DNA from: an uncultured Candidatus Saccharibacteria bacterium
Lineage (GTDB): Bacteria; Patescibacteriota; Minisyncoccia; UBA6257; Colwellbacteraceae
NCBI GenBank assembly: GCA_964609135.1
Contig: CAZSQQ010000001.1
Location: forward strand, 56,673 to 120,672
DNA length: 64,000 nt
Reading direction: 5' to 3'
The notes beneath the pieces are model-generated. The model ran no database searches and was not told the DNA's origin. It was given only the letters and a program-made list of their open reading frames with translations. Both the position numbers and the translations under genes were made by a program. Positions 16,897 through 26,824 of this stretch are shown here, piece after piece; position 1 is the first letter of the stretch, and every line of letters starts with the position of its first letter.

Positions 16897-18907
16897 TCTT
16901 CTTCAAGGTTAAATTTATAATCAATCTCGCCGGCAATTCTTGAGTTGCATAATGAAAAATTGGACTCTTGGTTTCCTCGAAAATAAAACCGTTTGGGGCT
17001 TCCAAGTTGTATTCAAAATCAGACTCAACACCGGACTGCTTTTCAAAAATAAATTGGTACTTCGCGCCGTCGGAAACGTTTACCCGCCCCTTGCCGGTAT
17101 AAGACAAGCTTAACTCGCCGGTCTTGCCGGCGGCCACATCAAACCAAGCGGCAAAAACTTTCTTGCCGGATTCTTTGTTGGTTTCCGCGCCAAACTTATC
17201 CAAAACTTCCCTTGTATCTTCAATCGCTTTCAGGTTCGCATCTCTCGTGTAACCAGCTTTATCGTAATTGATCCGTGCGGCGATTCTCCTGGGGGTACTG
17301 CCAGCTAAAAAACCGAGACGAGAATCCGGATGGGTAAAAACTTTCAAGAAATTCCGGTTCACGGCCCGATACCAGCTCTCCTTTTCTCTTTGTCCCTGAT
17401 GGGCGCGCCTCACAGTCAAGTCATTGACAACCGTACCGTCGCCTTCAATGCTGGAATTCAGGGAAATATTCTGTTTCATGAAGGCATCGCTCTTGCCGCC
17501 GGAGACGTTGGCGTTAACCACCGCCAGATAATCGCCGCTAAAACGGGCTGGCAAAGACATTACTTCGCCAGAGGCGCCATATTGGCGGGAAAACTTCTCC
17601 AAATTCTCGTCTCGGAAGAAAACCTTGATATCCTTGTTATTCAAGCGATAACTCAAATCTTGCAGGAGCTTTTTTGTATCATCATCGTTCAAGTCTTTCA
17701 GGCGTTCAACTAAAATGGGAGCAATAACACTAAGGATTTTCTTGGGATTAGCCCCTGGCTTTTTATCCCGGCCGGCTTCCACTTCAGACTGAACCTGTTT
17801 CAAGAAATTCGAGTCATCCAAAATAAGCTTGTATTGCTTGACCTCGATCGGGCCCGTTATCCGGAGCAAATCCTCAACCACCCTGATATTCAAAGCTATG
17901 GTCCCCACAAACTTGATATTGGCGTTGCCGTAAACCGGGGAGCTTTCTAAAAATTGCATCATCTTCCCGGCTGAAACCGGAAAATCAAAAAACCAATTGG
18001 CGTCCCTCGCTCCCCAGTCGGTTGTTACCGCTTGGAGCTCTAGAGGCGGCACAACTTTTACTTTCAGGAATCTGTCCGGATAGTAAATGTCGTTCACGTC
18101 GATTTTCTTCACCTTCCCGCCCGCAAAAATCACGTCGGCATAGCTCCCTACGAATCCTCCGGCCGGCCGCATTTCCGAGGGGTTTTCAAAAGCGACAAGC
18201 AGATGTTTTTCTTCGGGACCCTCGACAAGGCTCACAAGCGAGGTGATACCGTCACGAAATCTGGAGAGCTCCGTTGTGAGACTTAAATAATTGGCGTCAA
18301 AATCGGCCGGCAAGGCTCCGAATCTCGATGCCTTGTTTCTTAAGTCCGTGCCGATTGTATCAAGTGAATCGAGGTTCTTTTTAATGTCTTTCAATGTGTG
18401 AGGGAGATCGCCTTCTTCGCCAAAAACCATTTTGAGCCCGTTCTCCTCGAGATTAGCGGCGTCGGCGTTAATCGCCGTCATAACCCGGGTAAGCTCCTCA
18501 AGTTTATCGAACGCTTCCGGAATCTCTTTTAAAATTGGAATAATCTTCAACAATTGAAATCTGCCGTCCAAACTTTCAACTTGGGAGCTGACGGTCGTAA
18601 GCGAATCGGAAACGTTTTTGGTCTCTAAATTGGAAAGTTGTTCCGAGATTTCCCTAAAATTACTGAAAATACCGGTGAGAGACCGCTCAACGTCTCTTTT
18701 CAAATTTACAATCTGAAAGCTTAAAAATATCCCGCCGATAACGAGAACGATAAATGATATCAAGAACGTCCTTTCGAAAAATCGGGAGAGTTTTCCCTGA
18801 CCGATATTCAAGTTCGGAAATCTGTCTTGAGAAATCTTTTTCTTGGGATGCCGGATGTCAATCAAACTCGGGTCAATATTCTTTTTGGAAAATTTTTTAT
18901 TGCCCAT
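16889..18907 (-). CDS. large membrane-anchored extracytoplasmic protein (DUF4012-like), coiled-coil N-region
   Basis: 672 aa, single N-terminal TM, heads a sugar-transferase/GT4 cluster. Confidence 0.4.
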   Translation of the reverse strand: MGNKKFSKKNIDPSLIDIRHPKKKISQDRFPNLNIGQGKLSRFFERTFLISFIVLVIGGIFLSFQIVNLKRDVERSLTGIFSNFREISEQLSNLETKNVSDSLTTVSSQVESLDGRFQLLKIIPILKEIPEAFDKLEELTRVMTAINADAANLEENGLKMVFGEEGDLPHTLKDIKKNLDSLDTIGTDLRNKASRFGALPADFDANYLSLTTELSRFRDGITSLVSLVEGPEEKHLLVAFENPSEMRPAGGFVGSYADVIFAGGKVKKIDVNDIYYPDRFLKVKVVPPLELQAVTTDWGARDANWFFDFPVSAGKMMQFLESSPVYGNANIKFVGTIALNIRVVEDLLRITGPIEVKQYKLILDDSNFLKQVQSEVEAGRDKKPGANPKKILSVIAPILVERLKDLNDDDTKKLLQDLSYRLNNKDIKVFFRDENLEKFSRQYGASGEVMSLPARFSGDYLAVVNANVSGGKSDAFMKQNISLNSSIEGDGTVVNDLTVRRAHQGQREKESWYRAVNRNFLKVFTHPDSRLGFLAGSTPRRIAARINYDKAGYTRDANLKAIEDTREVLDKFGAETNKESGKKVFAAWFDVAAGKTGELSLSYTGKGRVNVSDGAKYQFIFEKQSGVESDFEYNLEAPNGFIFEETKSPIFHYATQELPARLIINLTLKKND

Positions 18908-18916
18908 GTGCTGAAA

Positions 18917-19519
18917 TCATACGGCTGACGGATCCGAAAGCAAAATTTCGAAGGTCTTAAGGATTATTTTGATATCAAGCCAAATTGAGACATGCTTCAA
19001 ATAAAATTCGTCAAGCTCCAATTCTTTGGAGAACGGCAGACTTGATGCGCCGCTTACTTGTGAGAGACCGGTTACTCCCGCGCGAGACTTCGTCAAATCC
19101 TGGTATTCGGGGGGGTATCCTTGAACCTCTTGCGGTTCATGGGGCCTGGGGCCAACCAAGGCCAGCTCGCCCCTTAAAACGTTCAAGAGTTGAGGGAATT
19201 CGTCTATTCGAAACTTCCTTAGGAATCGCCCCGTGGTTGTGAGCCTCGGGTCCTTACTAATCTTAAAGAACGGGCCGTCGGTCCGTTCGTTCAAATGCTG
19301 AAGTTTTTCCTTCATCCGGGGCGCCCCCTCTATCATTGACCGGAACTTATAAACTTTAATGATTTTGCCGTCGCTAATTCGGTCCAACCTTGCGAAAACC
19401 GGCCCCGAACTCTCAATCTTTATGGCAACCGCAATCAAGGGCAGAAAAGGAAGTAAAATTAGGAGGCCAAGGGTGGCCCCCAAAACGTCCTCCACACGTT
19501 TCCAAAAAGGATAATTCAC
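18917..19519 (-). CDS. undecaprenyl-phosphate sugar phosphotransferase (bacterial sugar transferase, WbaP C-terminal-like)
   Basis: PFFKISKDPRLT...RIDEFPQLLNVLRGELALVGPRP. Confidence 0.8.
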   Translation of the reverse strand: MNYPFWKRVEDVLGATLGLLILLPFLPLIAVAIKIESSGPVFARLDRISDGKIIKVYKFRSMIEGAPRMKEKLQHLNERTDGPFFKISKDPRLTTTGRFLRKFRIDEFPQLLNVLRGELALVGPRPHEPQEVQGYPPEYQDLTKSRAGVTGLSQVSGASSLPFSKELELDEFYLKHVSIWLDIKIILKTFEILLSDPSAV

Positions 19520-19536
19520 GATAGAATTATTATAGT

Positions 19537-20655
19537 ATGAAAGTCGCTTTAGTTCACGATTATTTGAATCAGTTCGGTGGAGCGGAAAGAGTTTTGGAAA
19601 CTTTGACAGAGCTTTTCCCGGAAGCGCCTATCTACACCCTCTTCTACGATAAAGAGGGCGTGAGTAATAAATTCTCGGGCAAGGAAATAAAAACCAGTTT
19701 TTTGGACAAGCCCTTCATAAGAAAAAGGCACCGCCTCTTCATTCCTCTCTTCGCCAAAGCCGCCGAAACCATGGATTTGGGAGACAATTACGATTTGATT
19801 ATTTCTGATTCTTACGGATTCGCCAAAGGCGTGAAGTACGCCCGGGGGTTCCATATTTCCTACATTCACACTCCCCTCCGCTATGCTTGGGAGCCGGAAT
19901 TCTTTCTCCACACTCTCTTCCCTAAGCTCTTTATTAAATTGGCTTCCCCAATCGTTAATTATTTGCGGGGATGGGATAAGAAAACCTCCGAGAGGCCGGA
20001 TCTGCTGCTTACCAATTCCGCCCACACGGCTAAAAAGATAAGGAAATTTTACGGCCGTGAGTCCACCCTGCTCTACCCGCCGGTTGACTCAAAAACTTTC
20101 TATCCGGATAAATCCATAAAGGCTAAAAATTATTACTTGGCCTTCGGAAGAATCGTTCACTTCAAAAGATTCGATTTGATTGTCAAAGTTTTTAACGATC
20201 TGGGGTTGCCGCTAAAAATCGCCGGCGTTGGTCCCGAAGAGAAAAATATCCAAAAACTTATCAAGTCTCCGAACATAGAATTTATAAACAGATTCCACGG
20301 TGAAGACGAATTAAGAAAACTTATTTGCGGAGCCAAAGCCGTTATATTCCCTCAAGCAGAAGACTTTGGACTGGTCGCCGCAGAGTCTATCGCCTGCGGC
20401 ACGCCGGTCATCGCTTATGCAGAAGGTGGGGCTTTAGAAATAGTAAAAGATGAAATGAATGGCATTCTCTTTAATGAACAAAACCGCGAATCGCTCATCC
20501 AGGCCATTAAAAAATTCGAAAAAATACCCTTCGACAAACGGAAAGTGGCCAAAACATCGAAGGTTTTCTCTAAAGAGATTTTTGAGAAGGGTTTAAGACA
20601 AATAATTGACTCGATTCAGCCTATAATCCAAGTTCGGGAGCAATCTCCTGCATAG
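19537..20655 (+). CDS. glycosyltransferase family 4
   Basis: GT4 C-terminal motif ESIACGTPVIAYAEGGALEIV. Confidence 0.8.
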   Translation: MKVALVHDYLNQFGGAERVLETLTELFPEAPIYTLFYDKEGVSNKFSGKEIKTSFLDKPFIRKRHRLFIPLFAKAAETMDLGDNYDLIISDSYGFAKGVKYARGFHISYIHTPLRYAWEPEFFLHTLFPKLFIKLASPIVNYLRGWDKKTSERPDLLLTNSAHTAKKIRKFYGRESTLLYPPVDSKTFYPDKSIKAKNYYLAFGRIVHFKRFDLIVKVFNDLGLPLKIAGVGPEEKNIQKLIKSPNIEFINRFHGEDELRKLICGAKAVIFPQAEDFGLVAAESIACGTPVIAYAEGGALEIVKDEMNGILFNEQNRESLIQAIKKFEKIPFDKRKVAKTSKVFSKEIFEKGLRQIIDSIQPIIQVREQSPA

Positions 20656-21223
20656 CTTTTAAGGCCATCTCCACGAATTCCTTTAAGGTGATGCCTAATT
20701 TTTCCTCGCAAAGGGTAATTTGCGCCCTATTAACATTTCTTGCGAAAGCTGGCTCGTCAAACCTGCGCAAAATAAAGTCGGTATCAATCGAATTTAGCTT
20801 TTTATCTGGATGAATAAGAGCTGCAGCAACTATGAGCCCTGTTAACTCATCGCAAGTATAAATCCCCCATTCCATCTTGGACTGCGGTTCAACGCCAGAA
20901 TATTCTTTATTGTGGCTTTTGATAGCCCGCATCACCTCCGGTTCAAGCTCTTTACCAATTCGTTCTTCCAATTCAAGCGTGTGTCTTTCCGGATTATCTT
21001 TGGTTAGTTCGTAATCAGCATCGTGAAGCAAACCAACAAGTCCCCATTTATTTTCATCTTCCTTAAAATGGTGAGCCAGAGCTTTCATTACAGCTTCAGT
21101 CGCCAAATGATGCTTCACCAGATTCTGGTTTTTAACTAAATCGGTAAGGATTTTATAAGCTTGGTCTCTATTCATCAATTTTTCTCCACATGCTTCTATA
21201 AGCGCCTTCTGTAGTAAACCCAA
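20621..21223 (-). CDS. HD-domain phosphohydrolase
   Basis: H...HD metal-binding motif (HHLATE...LLHDADY). Confidence 0.6.
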   Translation of the reverse strand: MGLLQKALIEACGEKLMNRDQAYKILTDLVKNQNLVKHHLATEAVMKALAHHFKEDENKWGLVGLLHDADYELTKDNPERHTLELEERIGKELEPEVMRAIKSHNKEYSGVEPQSKMEWGIYTCDELTGLIVAAALIHPDKKLNSIDTDFILRRFDEPAFARNVNRAQITLCEEKLGITLKEFVEMALKAMQEIAPELGL

Positions 21224-21614
21224 GTTTCTTATACCAATCCTTCAGTTCTTCATTATTATCCTCTACAAATATAGCAATTTCATCGTGTCCATGATCTTTT
21301 AGTCTTTTCATTGCCTCTTCCATTAGCTGTTGCCCTATCCCTTTTCTTCTGAATTCTTTTCTCACAGCTAAGCGGAAGACATAGGGGTAGATATCATCTA
21401 CTAGAAAAACATTTCCAACTACTTGGTCATCAACGACTGCAACAACAATGCTATCTGGTTTTTCTTGAGATCTTTTTCGAAGTCTCTCCTCTCCATCCCA
21501 TTCTTCCCAAAAGAGATTTCCCTCTTGAAGATTTTGTTTAACAGCTGGGAAGTCTGTTTCTAAATTGTAATTTCTTATTTGAGCAGTTTGAATATTTGGC
21601 TCCTTTTCGCTCAT
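21168..21614 (-). CDS. GNAT-family N-acetyltransferase
   Basis: Acetyl-CoA binding motif RRKGIGQQLM. Confidence 0.7.
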   Translation of the reverse strand: MSEKEPNIQTAQIRNYNLETDFPAVKQNLQEGNLFWEEWDGEERLRKRSQEKPDSIVVAVVDDQVVGNVFLVDDIYPYVFRLAVRKEFRRKGIGQQLMEEAMKRLKDHGHDEIAIFVEDNNEELKDWYKKLGFTTEGAYRSMWRKIDE

Positions 21615-21663
21615 AAGTTAATGATAACAAAGTTTGTAAGAATTTTGTAAGCTTGGTTGCGAG

Positions 21664-22128
21664 TCATATTTTATCTACCACTTCTAAAGCTTTATCCAAA
21701 AGACTAAAAGATTTGTCAAAAACAAATCTCCCCCTGAACTTCTTATTTTCTAAAAATAGCGGTATCCAATATTGATCATCCGGCCACATTTCAGAAAAAG
21801 GAATCTCATTAATGTTAAACCATTGCGGCTTCATTTCCTCGGTCTCTACAGGTTCACCCTCGAAATCTAAAACTTTAAACAAATGGACTTCGTCAATATC
21901 GGAGTTTCCTTCAACTGTAAACTCTAAAATACCAACTGGTTCTAGGCCCTTGGTTCGAATACCAATTTCCTCATAAACCTCTCTTTTAGCAGCTTCTTCT
22001 ATTCCTTCTCCATCCTTAATCTTGCCGCCAAAGCCATTCCACTTTTTGTCGCCCCACCCTCTCTTTTTCATACCTAAAAGAATTTGTGGAGGTTTATAAA
22101 TTAAGCAAAGAGTATAAAATTTCTTCAC
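21664..22128 (-). CDS. NUDIX hydrolase
   Basis: Nudix box GGKIKDGEGIEEAAKREVYEEIGI. Confidence 0.65.
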   Translation of the reverse strand: MKKFYTLCLIYKPPQILLGMKKRGWGDKKWNGFGGKIKDGEGIEEAAKREVYEEIGIRTKGLEPVGILEFTVEGNSDIDEVHLFKVLDFEGEPVETEEMKPQWFNINEIPFSEMWPDDQYWIPLFLENKKFRGRFVFDKSFSLLDKALEVVDKI

Positions 22129-22129
22129 C

Positions 22130-23110
22130 TTATAATCTTATCTCTTTTTCCAACCAAGGGATATGCTCATTTTTTCTTCGCCAGAAAAGATCTTCCCAGA
22201 TATAATGAACGGCCAAGTGCTTATATTTTCCGTATCTTTCCAGATATTTTAGAAGCTTCTTTACTGATACAGGTTTTTGCGGATCTCTTCCGAAGAAAAG
22301 CTTGGAATATATCTTCTGCTCCCACGGTGAAATGTGATTAAAGAAATCCCAATGGTGAAAAATATCGAAGAGTAAATACCAAACAGTGGCCGGACCAACA
22401 CCATAGAGTTTTAAGAGTTCCTCCATTTGGGTTTCCCTATCTTTACTCCTTAAATCAGCTTCATCAATTAACTTTTTGGCAAATTGCTCATCTACTTTCT
22501 TAATACGCTTGGCTCTATACCCAACTTTCAAACTCCTTAATTTAGCTTCGGAGACTCTAGCTAGCCTCCCGGGTGCCCAAAAACACCAAAGCTTTTGTCC
22601 ATCGAATTCAACAAGGGTTCCGAAGTTTTCCATAAGAGCCTTAAACATCTGTACGGATCTTCTAACGGAGGCGTTCTGGAGAACCATCCCGATAATCAGA
22701 TATTCATAGAGCGAGCTGGGATGACCCGGCCTCATTCCCCTCCATTTTTTGATGACCGGCCCCAGCAACCTATCATTCTTAAAGCTTTTATAAAAATCCT
22801 TTAAGTCCAACTCTAAGTTATAGAGATATTTAACTTCTTCAATTAAAGAATCAATAAAGCTTTTAGATAACTTTTTCTGACAGTAAATTCTGACTTCAAT
22901 CAAGGGCTTACTAACTGTTCCCTTGTTTATAAACTTCAAACCTAATGGCACTCCTTGCCAATTCCAGGTCTGCCAGCGAATCCCGGGCTGCCACAAATTA
23001 TCTCCAGAAGTGAAATGATCTGGTTTATGGAAAGTCGAGTCAAAAGCAAAGGGAGCTGTTGGTTTTATTTTAACAATCCTCCTTAATTTAAATCTTATTG
23101 GCCCCTTCAT
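22130..23110 (-). CDS. HhH-GPD family DNA glycosylase (AlkA/Ogg-like)
   Basis: N-terminal AlkA-like domain plus HhH (LYGVGPATVWY) and downstream Asp. Confidence 0.45.
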   Translation of the reverse strand: MKGPIRFKLRRIVKIKPTAPFAFDSTFHKPDHFTSGDNLWQPGIRWQTWNWQGVPLGLKFINKGTVSKPLIEVRIYCQKKLSKSFIDSLIEEVKYLYNLELDLKDFYKSFKNDRLLGPVIKKWRGMRPGHPSSLYEYLIIGMVLQNASVRRSVQMFKALMENFGTLVEFDGQKLWCFWAPGRLARVSEAKLRSLKVGYRAKRIKKVDEQFAKKLIDEADLRSKDRETQMEELLKLYGVGPATVWYLLFDIFHHWDFFNHISPWEQKIYSKLFFGRDPQKPVSVKKLLKYLERYGKYKHLAVHYIWEDLFWRRKNEHIPWLEKEIRL

Positions 23111-23801
23111 TGACTGATGCTATCTCGGGATTTTTATTTAGAACAACACACCAAAAATATCTCTCATAAATTTTACCCTCGAATTTACTGGGCGCATACA
23201 ACAACTCTGCCGATTCTATCTTCAATGGGAACCAAAGTTTTGCTATTTCTTCAATGGTAAACGTCCTCTCCATAAGACCGACTTCTGGAATCACATAAGT
23301 ATTCTCTTCCGGACCAGGATGTTTATCTATTAATCCCTTGGCTTCTTCATCCACACTACGATCAAGGGTACACAAAAGGAATCTTCCACTATTCTTCAAA
23401 ACGCGCATAACCTCCTTTACATATCTATAAAAATCCTCCTTGGTAAGAAGCTGAGATGTTAGTATATCTATAACGTAGTCAAAAGATTCATCTGGAAACG
23501 GCAGTCCGTTGGAAACATCACACACTGCGTAATTTACATCAGGAGATCTATCCTTAGCTTTATTAATTGCAACTTCGGACACATCTATTCCAGTAACATC
23601 GAACCCTTGCTTAGCAAGCCAACTAGCATTACGTCCTACGCCGCAACCGATATCAATAAGTTTACCCTCAAGTGGAATTCCTCTTGCTTTTAAATATCCA
23701 ACAAATTTGGGGACTGCTACACTCGGTTTATCAGAAACGAGATCCTGAAAGGCAGGGCCCCTTGAATATTCTTTATCCCAAAATTTAGCCGAATCTCTCA
23801 T
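23088..23801 (-). CDS. class I SAM-dependent methyltransferase
   Basis: Motif I LIDIGCGVGRN, motif post-I DVTGIDVS. Confidence 0.75.
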   Translation of the reverse strand: MRDSAKFWDKEYSRGPAFQDLVSDKPSVAVPKFVGYLKARGIPLEGKLIDIGCGVGRNASWLAKQGFDVTGIDVSEVAINKAKDRSPDVNYAVCDVSNGLPFPDESFDYVIDILTSQLLTKEDFYRYVKEVMRVLKNSGRFLLCTLDRSVDEEAKGLIDKHPGPEENTYVIPEVGLMERTFTIEEIAKLWFPLKIESAELLYAPSKFEGKIYERYFWCVVLNKNPEIASVNEGANKI

Positions 23802-24280
23802 TTCTTATCTATAACCAATCCTCCAATTACTCTATGAAAAAAAACTAATTCATTTTTATAATAAATTTCTTCGTAACCTGAGAATTCTTCTACATCCCCT
23901 TCTTGGTCATATTTATATTCCCAGTCTCCATCTTTTAAATTATGAGGGCCTCTAAAAAATTGAAAATTTCGCTCATCCGTTGACATTGCCTTTTTAAGGA
24001 ACTTGAAGGTTTCATTAGTCAAATCTTCTTTACCCTCAATCATTCCCCCGCCGTATAATGCTGACCATACCGGCTTTCCTTTATAGCGGATAAGTTCCAT
24101 TCCGCGGGATTTAATGTGTCCGGTGTAGCTATCTCTATAATAAAAGTCTCCTTCCCTATATTCTAACTCATGAAAATCTTTTCGTTCTGGTTTTACTTCT
24201 TTACCACCTCCGACATAACTACTGCTGACAGAATTTAGTAGAATTCGCCGAATTGATTTTAGTAAAGTCTTCTTAGTCAT
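23798..24280 (-). CDS. hypothetical protein
   Basis: 160-aa ORF, translationally coupled to neighbours; no motif recognised. Confidence 0.35.
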   Translation of the reverse strand: MTKKTLLKSIRRILLNSVSSSYVGGGKEVKPERKDFHELEYREGDFYYRDSYTGHIKSRGMELIRYKGKPVWSALYGGGMIEGKEDLTNETFKFLKKAMSTDERNFQFFRGPHNLKDGDWEYKYDQEGDVEEFSGYEEIYYKNELVFFHRVIGGLVIDKK

Positions 24281-24764
24281 GCCTTTGCCATTCTTGATTG
24301 ATTCCTTTCCTTTTATTGTCTGCTAATACTAATTCATCGGAAATACCATCAATCAAGTCATAGCTTTTGGCCTCTTCCAAGTTAACCCAGGCAAAGTCGT
24401 CTGATTCTTCTTTTTGAAGGACGACATCATGAGAAACATAATCGGCCAAACAAGAAATGACCAGAGATGGAACGCCGTCCTGGTGAATCGTAGCTAAGCT
24501 GGTCACATATTCAATGTTGTCAATCTCTATGCCAACCTCTTCTTTAACTTCCCTTCTTAAAGTTTTCTCCAACACATTATACCAATACTCTTTGGTATCT
24601 TTTTCTAAATTAACGTAGTCGCTGGTATCAAGTCTGCCTCCTGGTACGGTCCACATTCCTGGAAATCTTTTCTTTTTTGGCGAACGTTTGATAATGAGAT
24701 ACTTACCGTCTTTGACAATAATCGCAGTAATAACTACTTCGTGTAAATATTTATTATTTACCAT
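24273..24764 (-). CDS. NUDIX hydrolase
   Basis: Nudix box G...LRREVKEEVGIEI. Confidence 0.7.
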   Translation of the reverse strand: MVNNKYLHEVVITAIIVKDGKYLIIKRSPKKKRFPGMWTVPGGRLDTSDYVNLEKDTKEYWYNVLEKTLRREVKEEVGIEIDNIEYVTSLATIHQDGVPSLVISCLADYVSHDVVLQKEESDDFAWVNLEEAKSYDLIDGISDELVLADNKRKGINQEWQRHD

Positions 24765-24834
24765 TACACTTATGTCCCTTGCGACTCATCTAAGATAATA
24801 CGATGCCTTAACGACCATGGCAATGCTCGAAATG

Positions 24835-25464
24835 TTAGTTAATTAGGGTACCGCGGAAAAAAATGGAAAGATTACGACTTGATATATCAGGATTGGCCGA
24901 GTCATACAAAAATGTTTGCCACCCAAAATCTTGGGCGGTTTTTACATTGCCAAGACTATTTTCAACAAATAAAATGTCGCGTCCTTTTACTCCCGCCTTT
25001 TCTTCTGCCAACTGAAAAATGCGCGGGTTGGGTTTTCGGACACCTTCAATGCTGGAATCAATAATCACATCCCAGGCAATTTCTGGCAGAAGCCCACGTT
25101 TTTTAATGGCTGCAAACATTCCAGGGTACATGTCAGTCAAAAGACCAACCCGACAGTGCCGGCGGATCTCGTCAATGACCGGCCAAATGGATTTGTTTAT
25201 TTCGAAACGGTTGACAAAACCGTCCAGAAGCAATGAGTATCCGTCAGGAAGTTTTGTACCGAATTTTTCTTTAAACAGCGGAAGTAAGGTATCAACATCT
25301 CGGCCTACGCATACTTCGTCCTCGTATTGCTTCCAAAAATTTTTAAACTCCTCGTCGTTTTCGGCTGTGATGCCAAGCTCCTGTTTCAACTCAGCCCATT
25401 TATCGGTACCACTAAAGTCCAGTTCTACAACTCCGCCTAAATCAAAATATACGAATGAGATCAT
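24835..25464 (-). CDS. HAD-superfamily hydrolase
   Basis: Motif I FDLGGVV at N-terminus; motif IV-like near C-terminus. Confidence 0.7.
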   Translation of the reverse strand: MISFVYFDLGGVVELDFSGTDKWAELKQELGITAENDEEFKNFWKQYEDEVCVGRDVDTLLPLFKEKFGTKLPDGYSLLLDGFVNRFEINKSIWPVIDEIRRHCRVGLLTDMYPGMFAAIKKRGLLPEIAWDVIIDSSIEGVRKPNPRIFQLAEEKAGVKGRDILFVENSLGNVKTAQDFGWQTFLYDSANPDISSRNLSIFFRGTLIN

Positions 25465-25576
25465 TTTATTAATTTGGGTAATGACACTTTATGCTTCGGC
25501 CCTCCGGCCTCGCTCAGGGCGGGCAAGTTCAGGATTGCGCATTGCCTTAACGACCATGGCAAAGCCTTAACTATTT

Positions 25577-26233
25577 CTATACTCGCAGGAATTCTCTTAA
25601 AATTTTTGCCGATTCTCGTGGATTGCCTCTACCAATGGGGAAGTAACAGAGTATAACTGGCACATCTAATCCTGAAATTTTCTCGGATACTATTCTGGTT
25701 ACAGAAAAATTTCTCAAATAATCAGACATCTTTATATTCTTACCGGTAAGTGTCTTAAATACCAATGCTCCAAAGGCAACGATGTATTTCGGATTTACGA
25801 GCCTGACTTCTTCCTTCAAGATGTTTAATTGGTCATGAATCACTTCCCTGCTTGGATATTTACCGTGGCTATAGCAGCATTTCACAATGTTGGTTAGAAA
25901 AAATTTATTTTTAATAAGTTCCTTCTGGATTTGCCTAGTATGGTCAGTATCCCAATCCGATCTTTTCGGCAAACCATACGCCACTTTTTTATTTATCAAT
26001 CCCCCATCTGCTAAAACCCTCCAAAATTGTCTCACACCTATGAATGGGAATCTTATTCCCTTATAGCCTGGCCGCGAACTCAAATTTCTATAGGTCGGAT
26101 TAATCAGGATGAGCATCAATCGAGGATTTATAGCTCCGAATCCGTGAATATGCTGTAATTTATTCCTAGTCGTTTTGCAAAATTTGCAGCCATCTACTTT
26201 CTTATATAAGGTTTCCAGTTTCTTATTTCCCAT
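25577..26233 (-). CDS. uracil-DNA glycosylase superfamily protein (family 4/5-like)
   Basis: N-terminal CxxC...HGFGAINP...ILINPT pattern similar to UDG families 4/5. Confidence 0.45.
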   Translation of the reverse strand: MGNKKLETLYKKVDGCKFCKTTRNKLQHIHGFGAINPRLMLILINPTYRNLSSRPGYKGIRFPFIGVRQFWRVLADGGLINKKVAYGLPKRSDWDTDHTRQIQKELIKNKFFLTNIVKCCYSHGKYPSREVIHDQLNILKEEVRLVNPKYIVAFGALVFKTLTGKNIKMSDYLRNFSVTRIVSEKISGLDVPVILCYFPIGRGNPRESAKILREFLRV

Positions 26234-26247
26234 GACACCTTTTGATC

Positions 26248-26817
26248 TTATTCTTGCTGACGCAGAGATTTATCAAAAGCTATAAATTCTCTGACTATTT
26301 CATCAACGCTCTTTTCTCCATCAAGGATCTTAGCCGGAAGATGCCATTTGTCAGTAAGTTTCTGAAATTCCTTCTCATATTCCATAATATACTGACCATA
26401 CATTTTGTACTCCTGTTCTTTGCTCATCCCCTCTGGGAAAAGTGCCCTATCTCTCAATTCCTTACTTATTCTTTGTAATGCGGTTTCAGGAGAAACCTTT
26501 AATAGAAGTAGGGCGTCGAATCTTTTAACCCAATCACCCGTAACCGAAGTGGTCTTTCCTCGTACTAAATTCAAGTAATGCCCATCGGTGATCATATTTT
26601 CGTGCCTCTTCAGTATGGTTTCCATCATTTCGCTTAGTCTGCCCAATTTATATTCATGGGGAAGACGACGGAGCGTTTCATAACTTCCTCTAATTCCAAG
26701 AAGGGTCATGAACGCTCGGCTGCCCTTTATGATTTCGAACTCAGGCCGGGCTTCCTTAATCTTCAGAAGCAATGTAGTTTTTCCAGACCCATTCACACCG
26801 CCGAAGAAATATTTCAT
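26248..26817 (-). CDS. P-loop NTPase (nucleoside/nucleotide kinase-like)
   Basis: Trimmed from ORF 26248-27117 to Met MKYFFGGVNGSGKTTLL (Walker A) to avoid overlap with secA. Confidence 0.5.
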   Translation of the reverse strand: MKYFFGGVNGSGKTTLLLKIKEARPEFEIIKGSRAFMTLLGIRGSYETLRRLPHEYKLGRLSEMMETILKRHENMITDGHYLNLVRGKTTSVTGDWVKRFDALLLLKVSPETALQRISKELRDRALFPEGMSKEQEYKMYGQYIMEYEKEFQKLTDKWHLPAKILDGEKSVDEIVREFIAFDKSLRQQE

Positions 26818-26824
26818 ATAATTC

